From assembly GCA_965237955.1 (NCBI GenBank), contig OZ250169.1:3840001-3904000 (forward strand): 64,000 nucleotides of DNA. The letters run 5' to 3'. The notes beneath the pieces were generated by a model. It did no database searches and was not told the DNA's origin. It was given only the letters and a program-made list of their open reading frames with translations. This stretch comes from Candidatus Marinacidobacterales bacterium. Lineage in GTDB: Bacteria; Acidobacteriota; Vicinamibacteria; Marinacidobacterales; SMYC01. The translations under genes and the position numbers were made by a program. Below, piece by piece: positions 21,836-31,929 of the stretch (position 1 is its first letter; every line of letters begins with the position of its first letter).

Positions 21836-22135
21836 ATGAAACGGCCCACACGAGACGAGATATTGGACGCGCTCGCTTCACACCGCTCTCTGTTTGAACG
21901 GTACGGGGTTAGTGCCGTCTCCCTTTTTGGCTCGGTCGCTCGGGGAGAGCCAACCGAGGTGAGTGATATTGACCTTTTGGTCGAATTTTCACGACCTATC
22001 GGGCTCCTGAAGTTTGTCGAGCTAAAGCGGATTCTGGAAGAGGTTTTTGGCCGATCCGTGGATATGGTGACACCGAAGGCTCTCAAGCCTCAGCTCCGTG
22101 ATCGGATCCTGAAAGAAGCGGTCCGTGCCGCCTAG
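21836..22135 (+). CDS. Minimal nucleotidyltransferase (MNT) antitoxin
   Basis: LFGSVARGE..SDIDLLVEF..VDMVT. Confidence 0.88.
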   Translation: MKRPTRDEILDALASHRSLFERYGVSAVSLFGSVARGEPTEVSDIDLLVEFSRPIGLLKFVELKRILEEVFGRSVDMVTPKALKPQLRDRILKEAVRAA

Positions 22136-22230
22136 AGCCTGGCGCCTTCGAATCGAGGACATGCTCGACGCTATACGAGCGATCGAGGAGTTTGTCGAGG
22201 GACTGGATTTCGAGGCTTTCTGGAAACGAC
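22125..22230 (+). pseudogene. HEPN (DUF86) toxin, N-terminal fragment
   Basis: WRLRIEDMLDAIRAIEEFVEGLDFEAF then loses similarity; no RX4H motif. Confidence 0.75.
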
Positions 22231-22354
22231 CAATTAAGCGTCCCCCCCGGGGGACCCGTCAAAGATGCCCGCGCGCGTCGCGTAAAGCTCGGATGCGCAA
22301 GTTGCACACGCTTCCTGCAAAATGGTGGAACGTAACGGGCTGGAAGCGGCGCTG

Positions 22355-22591
22355 TCAGGATGCTTCGAGCAGCGACGCTTCTACCTCATCGGGCACATCG
22401 ATGGGCACGAACCAGTCGGCCGGGTATAGGTAGTCCTCGCCGCTTTCATCGATGATACGAATGTCGCTTTCCTTCTCAGCTTCGGCGTCAGGAAGAACGG
22501 CATAGATTTTGTGCAGTTCTAGCGAAGCTTCGTAGCCGGTGTTTCGGACACAGACGGTAAACACTCGGTTGGCTTCGCTAGTTTTGGTCAT
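22355..22591 (-). CDS. Conserved hypothetical acidic small protein
   Basis: VCVRN.GYEASLELHKIYAVLPD..IRIIDESGEDYLYPA; RBS GAGGA. Confidence 0.7.
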   Translation of the reverse strand: MTKTSEANRVFTVCVRNTGYEASLELHKIYAVLPDAEAEKESDIRIIDESGEDYLYPADWFVPIDVPDEVEASLLEAS

Positions 22592-22597
22592 TGTTCC

Positions 22598-22831
22598 TCA
22601 ATCAACATACCGTTTGCGCTTGAACTCCATTTTACCGATTCCGTGCGCTTCGTAACAGTGCAGCTCGGCTTTGCGTACTCGCCCACTTCTAAGCCGAACG
22701 AGCGCGAAGCCCTTCATCTTGCGCCAGTGACCCCGACTGTAGAGCTTTTGGAGGCGGCGGAGATCACGAATCGCTGAACCAATCGCGATCGTCTCGATGT
22801 CGGTGATTTCACCCAGTAATTCGAAGTTCAT
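22598..22831 (-). CDS. Conserved hypothetical basic small protein
   Basis: IETIAIG..IRDLRRL..YSRGHWRKMKG..AELHCYEAHGIGK; 6 nt upstream of partner. Confidence 0.7.
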   Translation of the reverse strand: MNFELLGEITDIETIAIGSAIRDLRRLQKLYSRGHWRKMKGFALVRLRSGRVRKAELHCYEAHGIGKMEFKRKRYVD

Positions 22832-23208
22832 CCAAAACCGTTGTCGTTCCGAGGGCGCTGGCTACAGCCCGACAGAGCCGAATGTAATTATAGATGAGCA
22901 ACTGGCCGACCGGAGTCGAGTTTTTGAACTTTCGGATGTCGTTTGGAATCTCGAGGTGATCGGAGAGGACGGCAGGTTACGCACAGAAGATGAGACAAGA
23001 CTCCGCGTACGAGCCGGAGGTCTCACTTACTTAGAACGGAGTTTTGCAGAGGAAAAACCACACTGGCAACACAGGTAACGCCAGGGTAGCAAACCCGGTG
23101 ATGAGTCAGTCGGCATTTCTCGGCTGGAGAGCAGGAGCATTCGGGCCGACCTGACGCAAGCCAGACTTCAATCGTGGCGTCCCGGGCCAATCGGGTCTAA
23201 GATCAAGA

Positions 23209-23442
23209 TTGATGGAGTTCCAACGCATCACTGTCGACCCGGCTCAAATGGGAGGAGTCCCTTGCATACGTGGCCTCCGGATCCCTGTGGCTACAGTCGT
23301 GAGCATGGTTGCGGATGGGATGACGGAGGCCGAGATTCTGGAAGCCTACCCAGATTTGGAGGTCCCTGATATTCGCGAGGCACTCCAGTTCGCCGCCGAA
23401 GCCGTTCGCGAGCGGGAGCTCCCGCTATCTCGCGTAAGGTGA
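23209..23442 (+). CDS. DUF433 antitoxin
   Basis: [32 protein letters not shown]. Confidence 0.9.
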   Translation: MMEFQRITVDPAQMGGVPCIRGLRIPVATVVSMVADGMTEAEILEAYPDLEVPDIREALQFAAEAVRERELPLSRVR

Positions 23443-23825
23443 AATTTCTCGTCGACAACGCCCTATCTCCCCAGCTCGCTCTTATACTCCGCGAACACGG
23501 CCACGACGCTGTACATGTTCGAGACTACGACATGCAGGCTGCGGACGACCAACCGATTTTCGAGCGTGCCGCCAATGAGGATCGTGTGGTGCTTTCGGCG
23601 GACACCGATTTTGGCGCGCTTCTGGCGGCTTGAGGGTCTGCGAAACCGTCCGTAGCTCCATTTCGAGGAAGGATGTCCCGCCGGCCCGAGTTTCTCGCCA
23701 ATCTGCTTCTTTCTCAGCTGGCCGCACTCGAGCGGTTTCTAATCAAAGGGGCCATCGTAGTCATCGAACCGACGCGCATCCGTGTGCGGGACCTCCCGAT
23801 CGGACAAAGCAGCGTGGACCTCTGA
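23439..23825 (+). pseudogene. DUF5615 PIN-like toxin, frameshifted
   Basis: [27 protein letters not shown]; stop 23633, remainder RIRVRDLPI out of frame. Confidence 0.8.
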
Positions 23826-24056
23826 CCGGCTACCCAACCGAGACGGACGGACCGGTGTTCCGAGACCACTTATTTAAAACTAAAATGAGAAAGGCGCAGC
23901 GCCGGGTAACACTGAGGCAACAGAGTTAGCTTGCTAGGAGCGCTGCCCGCTACGCATACGCTTCAGGATGGCATCAATTAGCCGCGAAAGCCTCACCTTC
24001 AGCGAAAGGGGGCGGGACCACAGTTGCGGGGATCGCGTACCTCTAGCCGGCTCGGA

Positions 24057-24410
24057 TCAGCTCCTGGGGCGAATACGTATCATGCCGGGACTCACGACGC
24101 TGAAAGCGTCCGTGAGCTCGGCTTCGTGCTCGATGATGGCTGTGGACACTCTCACAACCTTCTGTTTTGCCGCCATTCCCGATAATCTTAGGAGCACGAC
24201 TCCCTTGGTGAGACGACCCAGCCGAAACACGAGCTCGCCAAAATCCTTGTCAGCCGTCAGTAGGAGAGCATCATGCTGATTTGCGGCCTCGAGCACTTCG
24301 TCATCGTTGATGCCGGGAGCCAACTCTGCGATATAGAGCACGTCGTGCCCGTCGTCACGGAGGCGTGCGACGATTTGCTGGTCAACGCTTTCGTCGACCA
24401 GGATGTTCAT
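24057..24410 (-). CDS. DUF5615 PIN-like toxin
   Basis: ILVDESVD..GHDV..DDEVL..LLTADKDFGEL..GVVLLRL. Confidence 0.9.
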   Translation of the reverse strand: MNILVDESVDQQIVARLRDDGHDVLYIAELAPGINDDEVLEAANQHDALLLTADKDFGELVFRLGRLTKGVVLLRLSGMAAKQKVVRVSTAIIEHEAELTDAFSVVSPGMIRIRPRS

Positions 24411-24640
24411 CAGCCCATTGGCTTTAGAGGGTAGACGACGTCTGCCTTCAGTGACTTCGACGCGAAGGCGAGGGCGGCCTTTATACCTTCCGGGGTGAGA
24501 CGCGGATGGGCCTGCAGCAATTGCTCGATGGTTTCTCCTGCCGCGAGTTTGTCTAGAATGAGCTCGACGGTGATGCGAGTTCCAGCAACTACCGGCTTAC
24601 CCATCATGACGGCTGGATCGGATTGAATCAGCTCTGACAT
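24410..24640 (-). CDS. DUF433 antitoxin
   Basis: DPAVMMGKPVVAGTRITVELIL; TGATG coupling to toxin. Confidence 0.9.
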   Translation of the reverse strand: MSELIQSDPAVMMGKPVVAGTRITVELILDKLAAGETIEQLLQAHPRLTPEGIKAALAFASKSLKADVVYPLKPMG

Positions 24641-24896
24641 GTCTCACCTGTGACCCATTGTAGCAGAGCGAAGATGTGCAGGGTGAATCGCAGCAATGTC
24701 GAAGCCCACTCCCTTAAAAAAAACTCAGCTGCAGAGGGGTCCTGTGACGGGCGAGCAACACTGATGAGACCCTTGAACCGGAGTCCGATTTGAGCGTTTC
24801 GGCAGATAGCAACAATGCGTGCCCGTCAGCCGCCCGTTCCAAGACTTCTCCTTCTGGGTCTGGACGCGCCCGTTTTAATCGACACCGCACTAGCTA

Positions 24897-26584
24897 GTAC
24901 CCGTCCTGAAGCCTGTAAGGGATTGAGAAAAAAGGAGAAATCGCAAATTTAGGGCTAGTCTTCTGAGGGGGTGTCGATTAGGACCGTGTCGTTGAAAACA
25001 TCCGATTCTAAATGACTTAACTCCAAAGGAGACCAGCCCTAAATGCGAAAAACGATCAACCCACAGCCAAATCTACGTGAGCCCTGGCTGGAGCTGGAGC
25101 ACGCACGCGAACTCGAAACGATCTCGTCGCTGCTCGATGCCCATCCTAAGCTCAATGAGCTGGTACTGCAAGACCTGAAGTCGGTCACCCCATCGGCAGG
25201 GAGCGATGTTGGTCGTGGGGGAATGAGCGCGGAGCAGGTTCTCCGGGCGTTGTTGGTCAAGCAGCTGAATCAGTTCAGCTATCGAGAGCTGGCGTTTCAC
25301 TTGGCAGACTCTCGAAGCTATCGGACGTTTTGCCAGCTCGGCATCATAGAGCCGACCCCGTCGAAGTCGACCCTAGCAGCAAACATCAAAGCCGTGAAGT
25401 TCGAAACGCTGGAGCAGATCAACCGAGAGCTGGTGAGCGTTGCCGAGGATGCTGGGATCGAAAAGGGAAGAAAAGTACGAGTGGACTGCACGGTAGTGGA
25501 ATCAAACATTCATCCGCCTACAGACTCCGAGCTTCTTTATGACTGTGTTCGGGTTCTCACTCGCCTGATGTGCGGAGCTCGCGAACTGCTGGGTACAGTA
25601 GTGGTCTTCGGCAATCGAACGCGTCGAGCGAAGAGACGTCGACTGGGAGTTCTGAACGCGAAGGATAAGCAACAAAGGCGTCGCGTCTATCGAGATCTAC
25701 TGAAGGTGACGGAAGAAACCTATCGCTCCGCTCAACGCGTTGCAGAACAGTTGGAAGAGTCGGGCTTGACCGAGCCTGTGAAGCGAGCGAGTACGGAGAG
25801 GATCGCCGCGGATTTTGAGCACTTTCTCGTCCTCACCAAGAAAGTCATCAACCAAACCCAACGCCGAGTGATCGACGAAGAGCGTGTGCCTGCAGAGGAA
25901 AAGGTCGTTTCTGTCTTCGAAGAACACACCGACATTATTCGCAAAGACCGGCGCGAGACCCTCTACGGTCACAAGGTGTGTCTGACTGGTGGTTCGTCCT
26001 CGATGATTTTGGATTGCGTGATCTTGGATGGGAATCCGGCCGATTCAACTCTCGCGGAAACCATGATCGACCGTCTAGTCGAACTCTACGAGCGGGCCCC
26101 GCGCCAGGTCGCCTACGATGGCGCGTTTTCTTCAAAGGCAAACTTGGAAGCCATCAAAGGCAAGGGAGTTGAAGATGTTGCCTTTACCAAGGCTCAAGGT
26201 TTCGCCGTGACCGATATGGTCAAGAGTTCCTGGGTCTATCAACGCCTGCGGCGATTTCGCTGCGGGATCGAAGGCGTCATTTCGTTCTTGAAACGAGTCT
26301 TTGGTCTCGACCGATGCACATGGCGCTCATTGCCTTCTTTTAAATCGTACGTATGGGGTTCCATCATCACCTGCAATCTACTGGTGATGGCGAGACATCT
26401 ATTAAGATAATAACTATTACTCTTCCGCTCCCATAGCCTTGGATTCCTGACGATTCGCCTCTCGTTTCGTCCAAGATTTTCATTCGCTCTCAACCCTACG
26501 AAGTTCCCTACCGAAACCGTATAATACCCACATCTTCGGTAGGCCTGTCGCACACCACAAGTTATGGTGTTTCTGGACAGGAAC
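24897..26584 (+). mobile_element. ISNCY/IS5-like IS
   Basis: Imperfect IRs GTACCCGTCCTGAA / TTCTGGACAGGAAC flanked by TAGCTA on both sides. Confidence 0.75.
25043..26410 (+). CDS. DDE transposase (ISNCY-type)
   Basis: RVDCTVVESNIHPPTDS, EKVVSVFEEHTDII, YGHK, GNPADS, YDGAF, RCGIEGVIS. Confidence 0.88.
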   Translation: MRKTINPQPNLREPWLELEHARELETISSLLDAHPKLNELVLQDLKSVTPSAGSDVGRGGMSAEQVLRALLVKQLNQFSYRELAFHLADSRSYRTFCQLGIIEPTPSKSTLAANIKAVKFETLEQINRELVSVAEDAGIEKGRKVRVDCTVVESNIHPPTDSELLYDCVRVLTRLMCGARELLGTVVVFGNRTRRAKRRRLGVLNAKDKQQRRRVYRDLLKVTEETYRSAQRVAEQLEESGLTEPVKRASTERIAADFEHFLVLTKKVINQTQRRVIDEERVPAEEKVVSVFEEHTDIIRKDRRETLYGHKVCLTGGSSSMILDCVILDGNPADSTLAETMIDRLVELYERAPRQVAYDGAFSSKANLEAIKGKGVEDVAFTKAQGFAVTDMVKSSWVYQRLRRFRCGIEGVISFLKRVFGLDRCTWRSLPSFKSYVWGSIITCNLLVMARHLLR

Positions 26585-26711
26585 TAGCTAAGCTAGCTAG
26601 CCGGGCAATGCGTGCAGACAAGGGGCGTCCCAATTGATTGTCGTGGACGCGACCCTGTGTTTCCTCCGACACCTTGGCTTCGTTAAGGTAATGAAGAAGA
26701 GCTGGAGCGTT

Positions 26712-26790
26712 GTGAGCGTTAAGTTGAGAATTCCAGGAGATATTCTCGAGGCCGCTGGCCTAACAGAGCAGGAGTGTTACATCTTCGTGC
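26712..26790 (+). pseudogene. UPF0175-like antitoxin N-terminal fragment
   Basis: VKLRIPGDILEAAGLTEQE. Confidence 0.4.
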
Positions 26791-26841
26791 TTTCACGGTG
26801 AAACCGACTTCCTGCAATCGCAGGTGGATCCAAGGTACAGT

Positions 26842-27885
26842 TCAGCTTTCGCGTTTGTGCCAGCGTGCGCCGGGACCTTTTCCCTTTACTCCGATTAAGC
26901 CTTCATCGCGCATTCGCTCCAGAACCCGGCGAATCGTGGGCCTGCTCACGCCCGGGCATTCCTTTGCGAGCTCCGAGATCGAAAACGGAAGCACCCGATT
27001 CTCCACGACACTGCGAACCATATCGGCCTTCGCCCTTCGGCCCTTCGCGATCCTACCGACGCGCGCTTCGAACTCGCCGTGCGCGCGAAGGAGAACTCCC
27101 CAAAAATAGCGAAGCCACGGCATGACATCGTGCTTCTCCTCGTGCCAGCCGCGCGAGCTTTTTTCTAGGGACTCGTAATAGGTTTCCTTCGTTTCTTCGA
27201 AGATTCGCTCAAGGCTGATGTAGCGCCCGACACTGTACCCAGCGTGGTAGAGGAGAAGAAGTGTCAGCAGCCGAGCGACTCGACCGTTTCCGTCGGTGAA
27301 CGGGTGAATACATAGGAAGTCGAGCACAGCGAGCGGCACGAGCGTGAGAGCGTCATGCTCGGGGATCGCCTCATCGTAGTCCTTGACGAGCGTTTGCATT
27401 GCTCCTGGTGTCGCGGCGGCGCTCAGCGCCTGAAAGCGCACCGACGTTTCGCCAGTGACCGCATCGCGCCGGGTAATGACTGTCTGTTGCCTTGAACTCA
27501 CCACCCGGGTTCGGCAGGTATCGGAAGACGTTAGCGTGCAGTTGCCGGACCACACCAACGGTAATCAGGATCCCTTCATGAGATTCGTGGATGAGGGTAG
27601 GGCATCCCGGTAGCCAGCGATCTCTTGCTCCGACCGATTCCTCGGGACGGTCGATTTGAGAACGAGCTCTTCGATCCGCTTCTTGGGCGCCGTAATGCCC
27701 TCGATGCGGTTCGAGGATTCCGTAGATTCGATCGTCGCGAGGGTCCTCAGGGACTCGAGGACCTCTGGGCTTTTTCGGGAATACAGCGCCTGCCGCCCCT
27801 TGACTTCGCCAAGAGCGCGGAGAGTTGCTGCGTCGGCGCCGGAGTACTGGATCCCCGCTAAGAATCTAGGACTCAGAGACCGCAT
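26842..27885 (-). pseudogene. Fic family protein, frameshifted
   Basis: ESSNRIEG, EQEIAGYRDAL, HPFTDGNGR; split across frames near 27600 and 27490. Confidence 0.85.
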
Positions 27886-28144
27886 AATAGCGATTAAATC
27901 GTACCGAAATGATCGCCTTTCGTCGAGGATGATCGCCATTCTGAAGGTCTAGTGACGATCATTTGCCCTGCAACGATCGCTATTCCTGACGAGCATCGCG
28001 ATTCCCTGGCCAAGACAGTTACAGAAGACTAAATAAAAATGTGAATCTTTCAACAAAGGAGCCGTTCAAAAGCGACCAGAACTACAACGTTTTGTTCGCG
28101 GAGCGTAATGGCTCAGCCATCAAAGGACCGGTTTTGAAACACGT

Positions 28145-28768
28145 GTGCAGACTAGTCAGATGCCGGAAATGACCGACGACCTGGCTCGCGTCATCCTGCT
28201 TGTCGGCTTCGCGCTGGTGGTGCCGGTCGGAATATACCACCGGTTGCGATCTCGCACCGACGAAAGACTTGATCGCCGCCAAGAGGGGTGGCTGATCCTG
28301 CTGACCCTCCGCCCGTTGGCTTTGGCCTTCATGGCGGGCTTGGTGGCATTCCTTATCGAGCCAAGCTGGATGGCATGGGCGTCGTTTCACCTACCAAACT
28401 TGGCGCGGTGGACGGGCGCCGTTTTTGGTGTCATCGCTGGCGGGCTTCTTATCTGGACATTCCGCAGCCTCGGTCACAATCTTACCGACACGGTGGTCAC
28501 GCGACGCAATGCCATTCTGGTAACCCACGGTCCATATCGCTGGGTGCGGCATCCCTTCTACTTAGCTTTTGCCATGGCGGTGATCGCGAACACGCTGATC
28601 ACGGCCAGCGGGTTTTTGGCCATAACCGGGACGGCGGCTTTCCTCGCGATTGTTGCCCGCACATCCATCGAGGAGAAGAAACTAATCGACCGTTTTGGCC
28701 GCGACTATGTGAGCTACATGCGGCGCACGGGCCGTTTTCTGCCGCGGATTCGCCGAGGATCCACCTGA
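28145..28768 (+). CDS. Isoprenylcysteine carboxylmethyltransferase (ICMT/PEMT) family membrane protein
   Basis: LVTHGPYRWVRHPFY, EEKKL..FG..Y..Y..RTGRF; TM helices. Confidence 0.88.
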   Translation: MQTSQMPEMTDDLARVILLVGFALVVPVGIYHRLRSRTDERLDRRQEGWLILLTLRPLALAFMAGLVAFLIEPSWMAWASFHLPNLARWTGAVFGVIAGGLLIWTFRSLGHNLTDTVVTRRNAILVTHGPYRWVRHPFYLAFAMAVIANTLITASGFLAITGTAAFLAIVARTSIEEKKLIDRFGRDYVSYMRRTGRFLPRIRRGST

Positions 28769-28993
28769 TTTGGCATCAATTGCTCACCGACCAGCGGCAA
28801 AGTAACGCGTGCGCGTACGAAGCAGCAAAGCGTTCGAGCGACACTCTTCAACGAATCGGGGAGCTGGCCGACCTACAACGGGAGACCAATCGCCTGGCGC
28901 AAACCCCAATCTCCTCCGACTGAACCTTGAAGAAAGGAAGGCGAAAGGACTTCGAAAAGACCCTTCCTGGTTTGCTCAGGTTTAAGCGCACAC

Positions 28994-29120
28994 TTTTCAC
29001 TGTTTATATATTTTCAGCATGCGCTGGAAATAGTCTCAGAGTGAAAAAAGGTTTCAAACGACATATTTTCATTGTCCAGTTATTTTCAACAAACGCTGAA
29101 AAAGGTAAAAACAGTGAAAA
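28994..29120. promoter_or_regulatory. Tandem imperfect palindromes upstream of AbiEi (putative operator)
   Basis: Two units TTTTCA(C/T)T..TTTTCA..CGCTG(G/A)AAA..AGTGAAAA in AT-rich DNA. Confidence 0.55.
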
Positions 29121-30039
29121 CGGAAAAAGCCTACCGAGACGCCCTTTTCGCGTGCCTCCGGCGCATACCCTCGGCGACCGTAGAAGCCACCGACGACGAA
29201 GGACCCGGGCAGCGTGCAGATCTGCGAGTCCAAGTCGGTTTGCCGGGCGGAGCCACCAGAGCTCTCATCTGCGAATTCAAAGACAGTGGTCAACCGCGCT
29301 GGGCCCGCCAAGCCATCAACCAGCTGTGGGCGTATCGGGACGATCCGAACACGTACTGCGTGTTCATGGCGCCTTACATCTCGCCGAAAACTGCGGAGCT
29401 CTGTGCTCGCGAGGGTGTTGGTTTCATCGACCTCGCCGGCAACTGCCGTTTGAGTTTCGATGGTATTTACATCGAACAGGAGGGTCGGCCCAACCCCGAT
29501 CCTCAGCGGCGAGAGCTCCGGTCGCTCCTCGCGCCCAAAGCGACCCGAGTGCTTCGGGTGTTGTTATCCAGACCGTCCAAAAAGTGGGTAGTGGTCTAGT
29601 TTGAATACTAGACCACTACCAAAAAGTGGAAGACCCAACCGCTCGCGGACGAAGCGGACGTGAGCTTAGGTCAAGTGTCGAATCTTAAGAAACTACTCCT
29701 CGATCGCGAGTGGATCGAAACGTCGCGGGAAGGCTTGTCTTTGAAGGAGCCTGAAGCGCTACTTCTCGAGTGGGCCGAGAACTATGACCCCAGCAGAAAC
29801 CGCCCACGAGCTTACTACTCACTAAAGAGTTCTGCCGAGATTGAATCTGACATCGCAGACCAGTGCGACAGGGCTGGCCTCCGATACGCGTTGACAGCGT
29901 TTTCCGGCGCGGCGAGACTCGCCCCGGCTGTCCGCTACCAACGGGCGTCGGCTTTCGTCGAGTCCGCCGACAAAATTGCCTCTTCTCTCGATCTCAAAGA
30001 GGTCGAGAGTGGGGCGAATGTGTCCTTGTTGACACCTAA
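29114..30039 (+). pseudogene. Type IV TA AbiEi-family antitoxin, interrupted twice
   Basis: SGQPRWAR, MAPYISP, IDLAGNC, LADEADVSLGQVS, YALTAFSGA, GANVSLL; 42-bp insert at 29587 and element at 30040. Confidence 0.8.
29587..29620. mobile_element. 34-bp micro-MITE
   Basis: 14-bp perfect IR GGTAGTGGTCTAGT + 6-nt spacer; 8-bp duplication AAAAAGTG. Confidence 0.85.
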
Positions 30040-30906
30040 GGGCCGCCGACAAAATAACTGTCTAGTTTTGAGCACACTCTTCCTGTTTCAGGTCGTGATC
30101 GCGATGTCGTCTGGCATCACGAGAGCCTGGCAAGCTCCCTAGAAACGGAACATTTGTAAGAAAAGAACGATCGCAGCCTTCAATTCCACGGGGAGCACGC
30201 GGACTCCCCCGACCCAGCCCAACGTGGAAGGTGACGCCTCATGTACCTGGCGGGCCGAGAGCTGTTGCTTGCGCGTGCTCACATCGGTGGCCAGATACAG
30301 ATATCGGCCGAACACCTGCTCGCGCGCCAATCTTTTCTCTCGGACCAGTTTCAACAGAGGAGCCTTGACGTCAACCTGCACCTCGTCCTCGAGCTCGTCG
30401 ACGTAGTAGCCTGCCTCACAGGCCGCGACCAACGCTTTTACCGTCGCAAGCAACGTCCCGTACTTCGAGAACCACACTGAGCGCAACGACCAAAGACCTT
30501 TTCGATCGAACTGGGCGATCTCGTCCAACGTGTAGTAGCTACCACGGTGGGAGTAGCTTGTCCGATACGCCAACTCATTGAGCTTTCGGAAGACGGTCGA
30601 GTCCACATCGGTACCCAACACTGCCTTCAAATCATCGAGGGTAGCTATTTTGTGCTTCCTCAACAGGCGGTCGAGATCTTCAGACTGATAGCTCGTAGGT
30701 CTCATAATAGGAGAAGTGCTCCTTTGTAGGCGTAATCCTCCCTAAAATGAGGACCGTTTGTCAAACACGCGCTGGTTGCTGAAGATCTACAAATGTTCCG
30801 TTTCTAGGGAGCTTGCCAGGCTCTCGTGATGCCAGACGACATCGCGATCACGACCTGAAACAGGAAGAGTGTGCTCAAAACTAGACAGTTATTTTGTCGG
30901 CGGCCC
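30040..30906 (-). mobile_element. Non-autonomous ISAzo13 derivative with 119-bp terminal inverted repeats
   Basis: 30040-30158 is the reverse complement of 30788-30906; TAA on both sides. Confidence 0.88.
30139..30705 (-). pseudogene. Truncated ISAzo13-type N-terminal ORF
   Basis: TVFRKL..YRTSYSHRGSYYTL, GLWS..FSKYGTL, ELKAAIVLF then runs into the inverted end. Confidence 0.65.
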
Positions 30907-31083
30907 TAAGGTGTGTTCGCGTGTCTTCGGAAAGGGAAGATCGTTGCCATTGTCGGCGACCGCTCGCCTCGAACGGGAGTGGATCTCCTAAACCTGTTGG
31001 CGAGGTTGACTTCTCCGCCTCAGCGCTCACAAGAAGGAGTGTGAAGGCGTGACCCAGGCTGCTTGGCCAGGCGCCCGGCGAAC

Positions 31084-31929
31084 TCACGTTCCCTCGACGC
31101 CAATTGCGAACTGCTGCAATAATACTTCCGCTTCGGAATCGGCGTCGTCGGTGCCGCCCCATTCTCTGGCCATATGGGTGGTGAGTCGTTCGCGGGCTTT
31201 GCTGTCTTCTAGAAGCTTGGTGAGGTGGACGCGGGTATGCTCCGTCATGATGCGTGCGACGTCGAGTCCAAGGAGGCGCGCAGCGGCCAAGTCCTCTCTA
31301 TAGTCAACGGCCTCCATAACGCTGATGGCGTCACCGTAGAGGCGGTCTCGATTGCCGGCGTCGGCGTAGCTTCGGATCAAAATCGCGAAGTCTGTTGCGT
31401 CCTTGGAGTTTTCATGGCCCCGGTCGGCCCAAGCGAAGAGCTTGAGGAGAGCGAGCCCTGGAAGGGAAGCAACACCAACCACCAGCCCTGGCTCGATCTG
31501 AACGGTGTCCGCAGCGGCGAGCACGTCGTCGTAGCCTGCTACGTTGATGACGCTCGCCGACTCGGGTGGCCAAGCGATGGTCTTATCCGGAGCTTCGACG
31601 CCCCCGAACGGGATGATGTCCACGGGGTATCCGCTTCCGTGGAGTCGATGCGTCATCGCTTTGTCACGGACGAACTGAAAGTCTTCGAGTAGGCGGGCTT
31701 TGATCGCCTCGAACTGGTCCCAATCTTTCACTGCGACCGCGAAGTCCACGTCCCGGGTGGCGCGGTGCACGGTGAGATCGAAGACGTGGGTAAGCAGGAT
31801 ATCTCTAGCCATGGCACCAGCGACGAAGTAGGTCAAGCCGAGCTCTTTCGTTACTTTGTCCACAGCGCGAATCACCGCGAGCGCCGCAGGTTGGATCGGT
31901 CGGTCAGAGCGCACGGAGAGCATCGTCAA
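31084..31929 (-). CDS. AbiEii/AbiGii-type nucleotidyltransferase toxin
   Basis: VAGAMARD, RATRDVDFAV, VDIIPFG, LLKLFAWADR, KDATD. Confidence 0.85.
   Translation of the reverse strand: MTMLSVRSDRPIQPAALAVIRAVDKVTKELGLTYFVAGAMARDILLTHVFDLTVHRATRDVDFAVAVKDWDQFEAIKARLLEDFQFVRDKAMTHRLHGSGYPVDIIPFGGVEAPDKTIAWPPESASVINVAGYDDVLAAADTVQIEPGLVVGVASLPGLALLKLFAWADRGHENSKDATDFAILIRSYADAGNRDRLYGDAISVMEAVDYREDLAAARLLGLDVARIMTEHTRVHLTKLLEDSKARERLTTHMAREWGGTDDADSEAEVLLQQFAIGVEGT

Noticed and set aside
21836-24640. Integron cassette array explanation for the TA cluster
   Set aside because: Mixed gene orientations, no convincing attC palindromes and no integron integrase in the window.
24808-26660. Short shared words (CAATGCGTGC, TGGACGCG) on both sides of the ISNCY element
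   Set aside because: Too degenerate to define a repeat unit without alignment.
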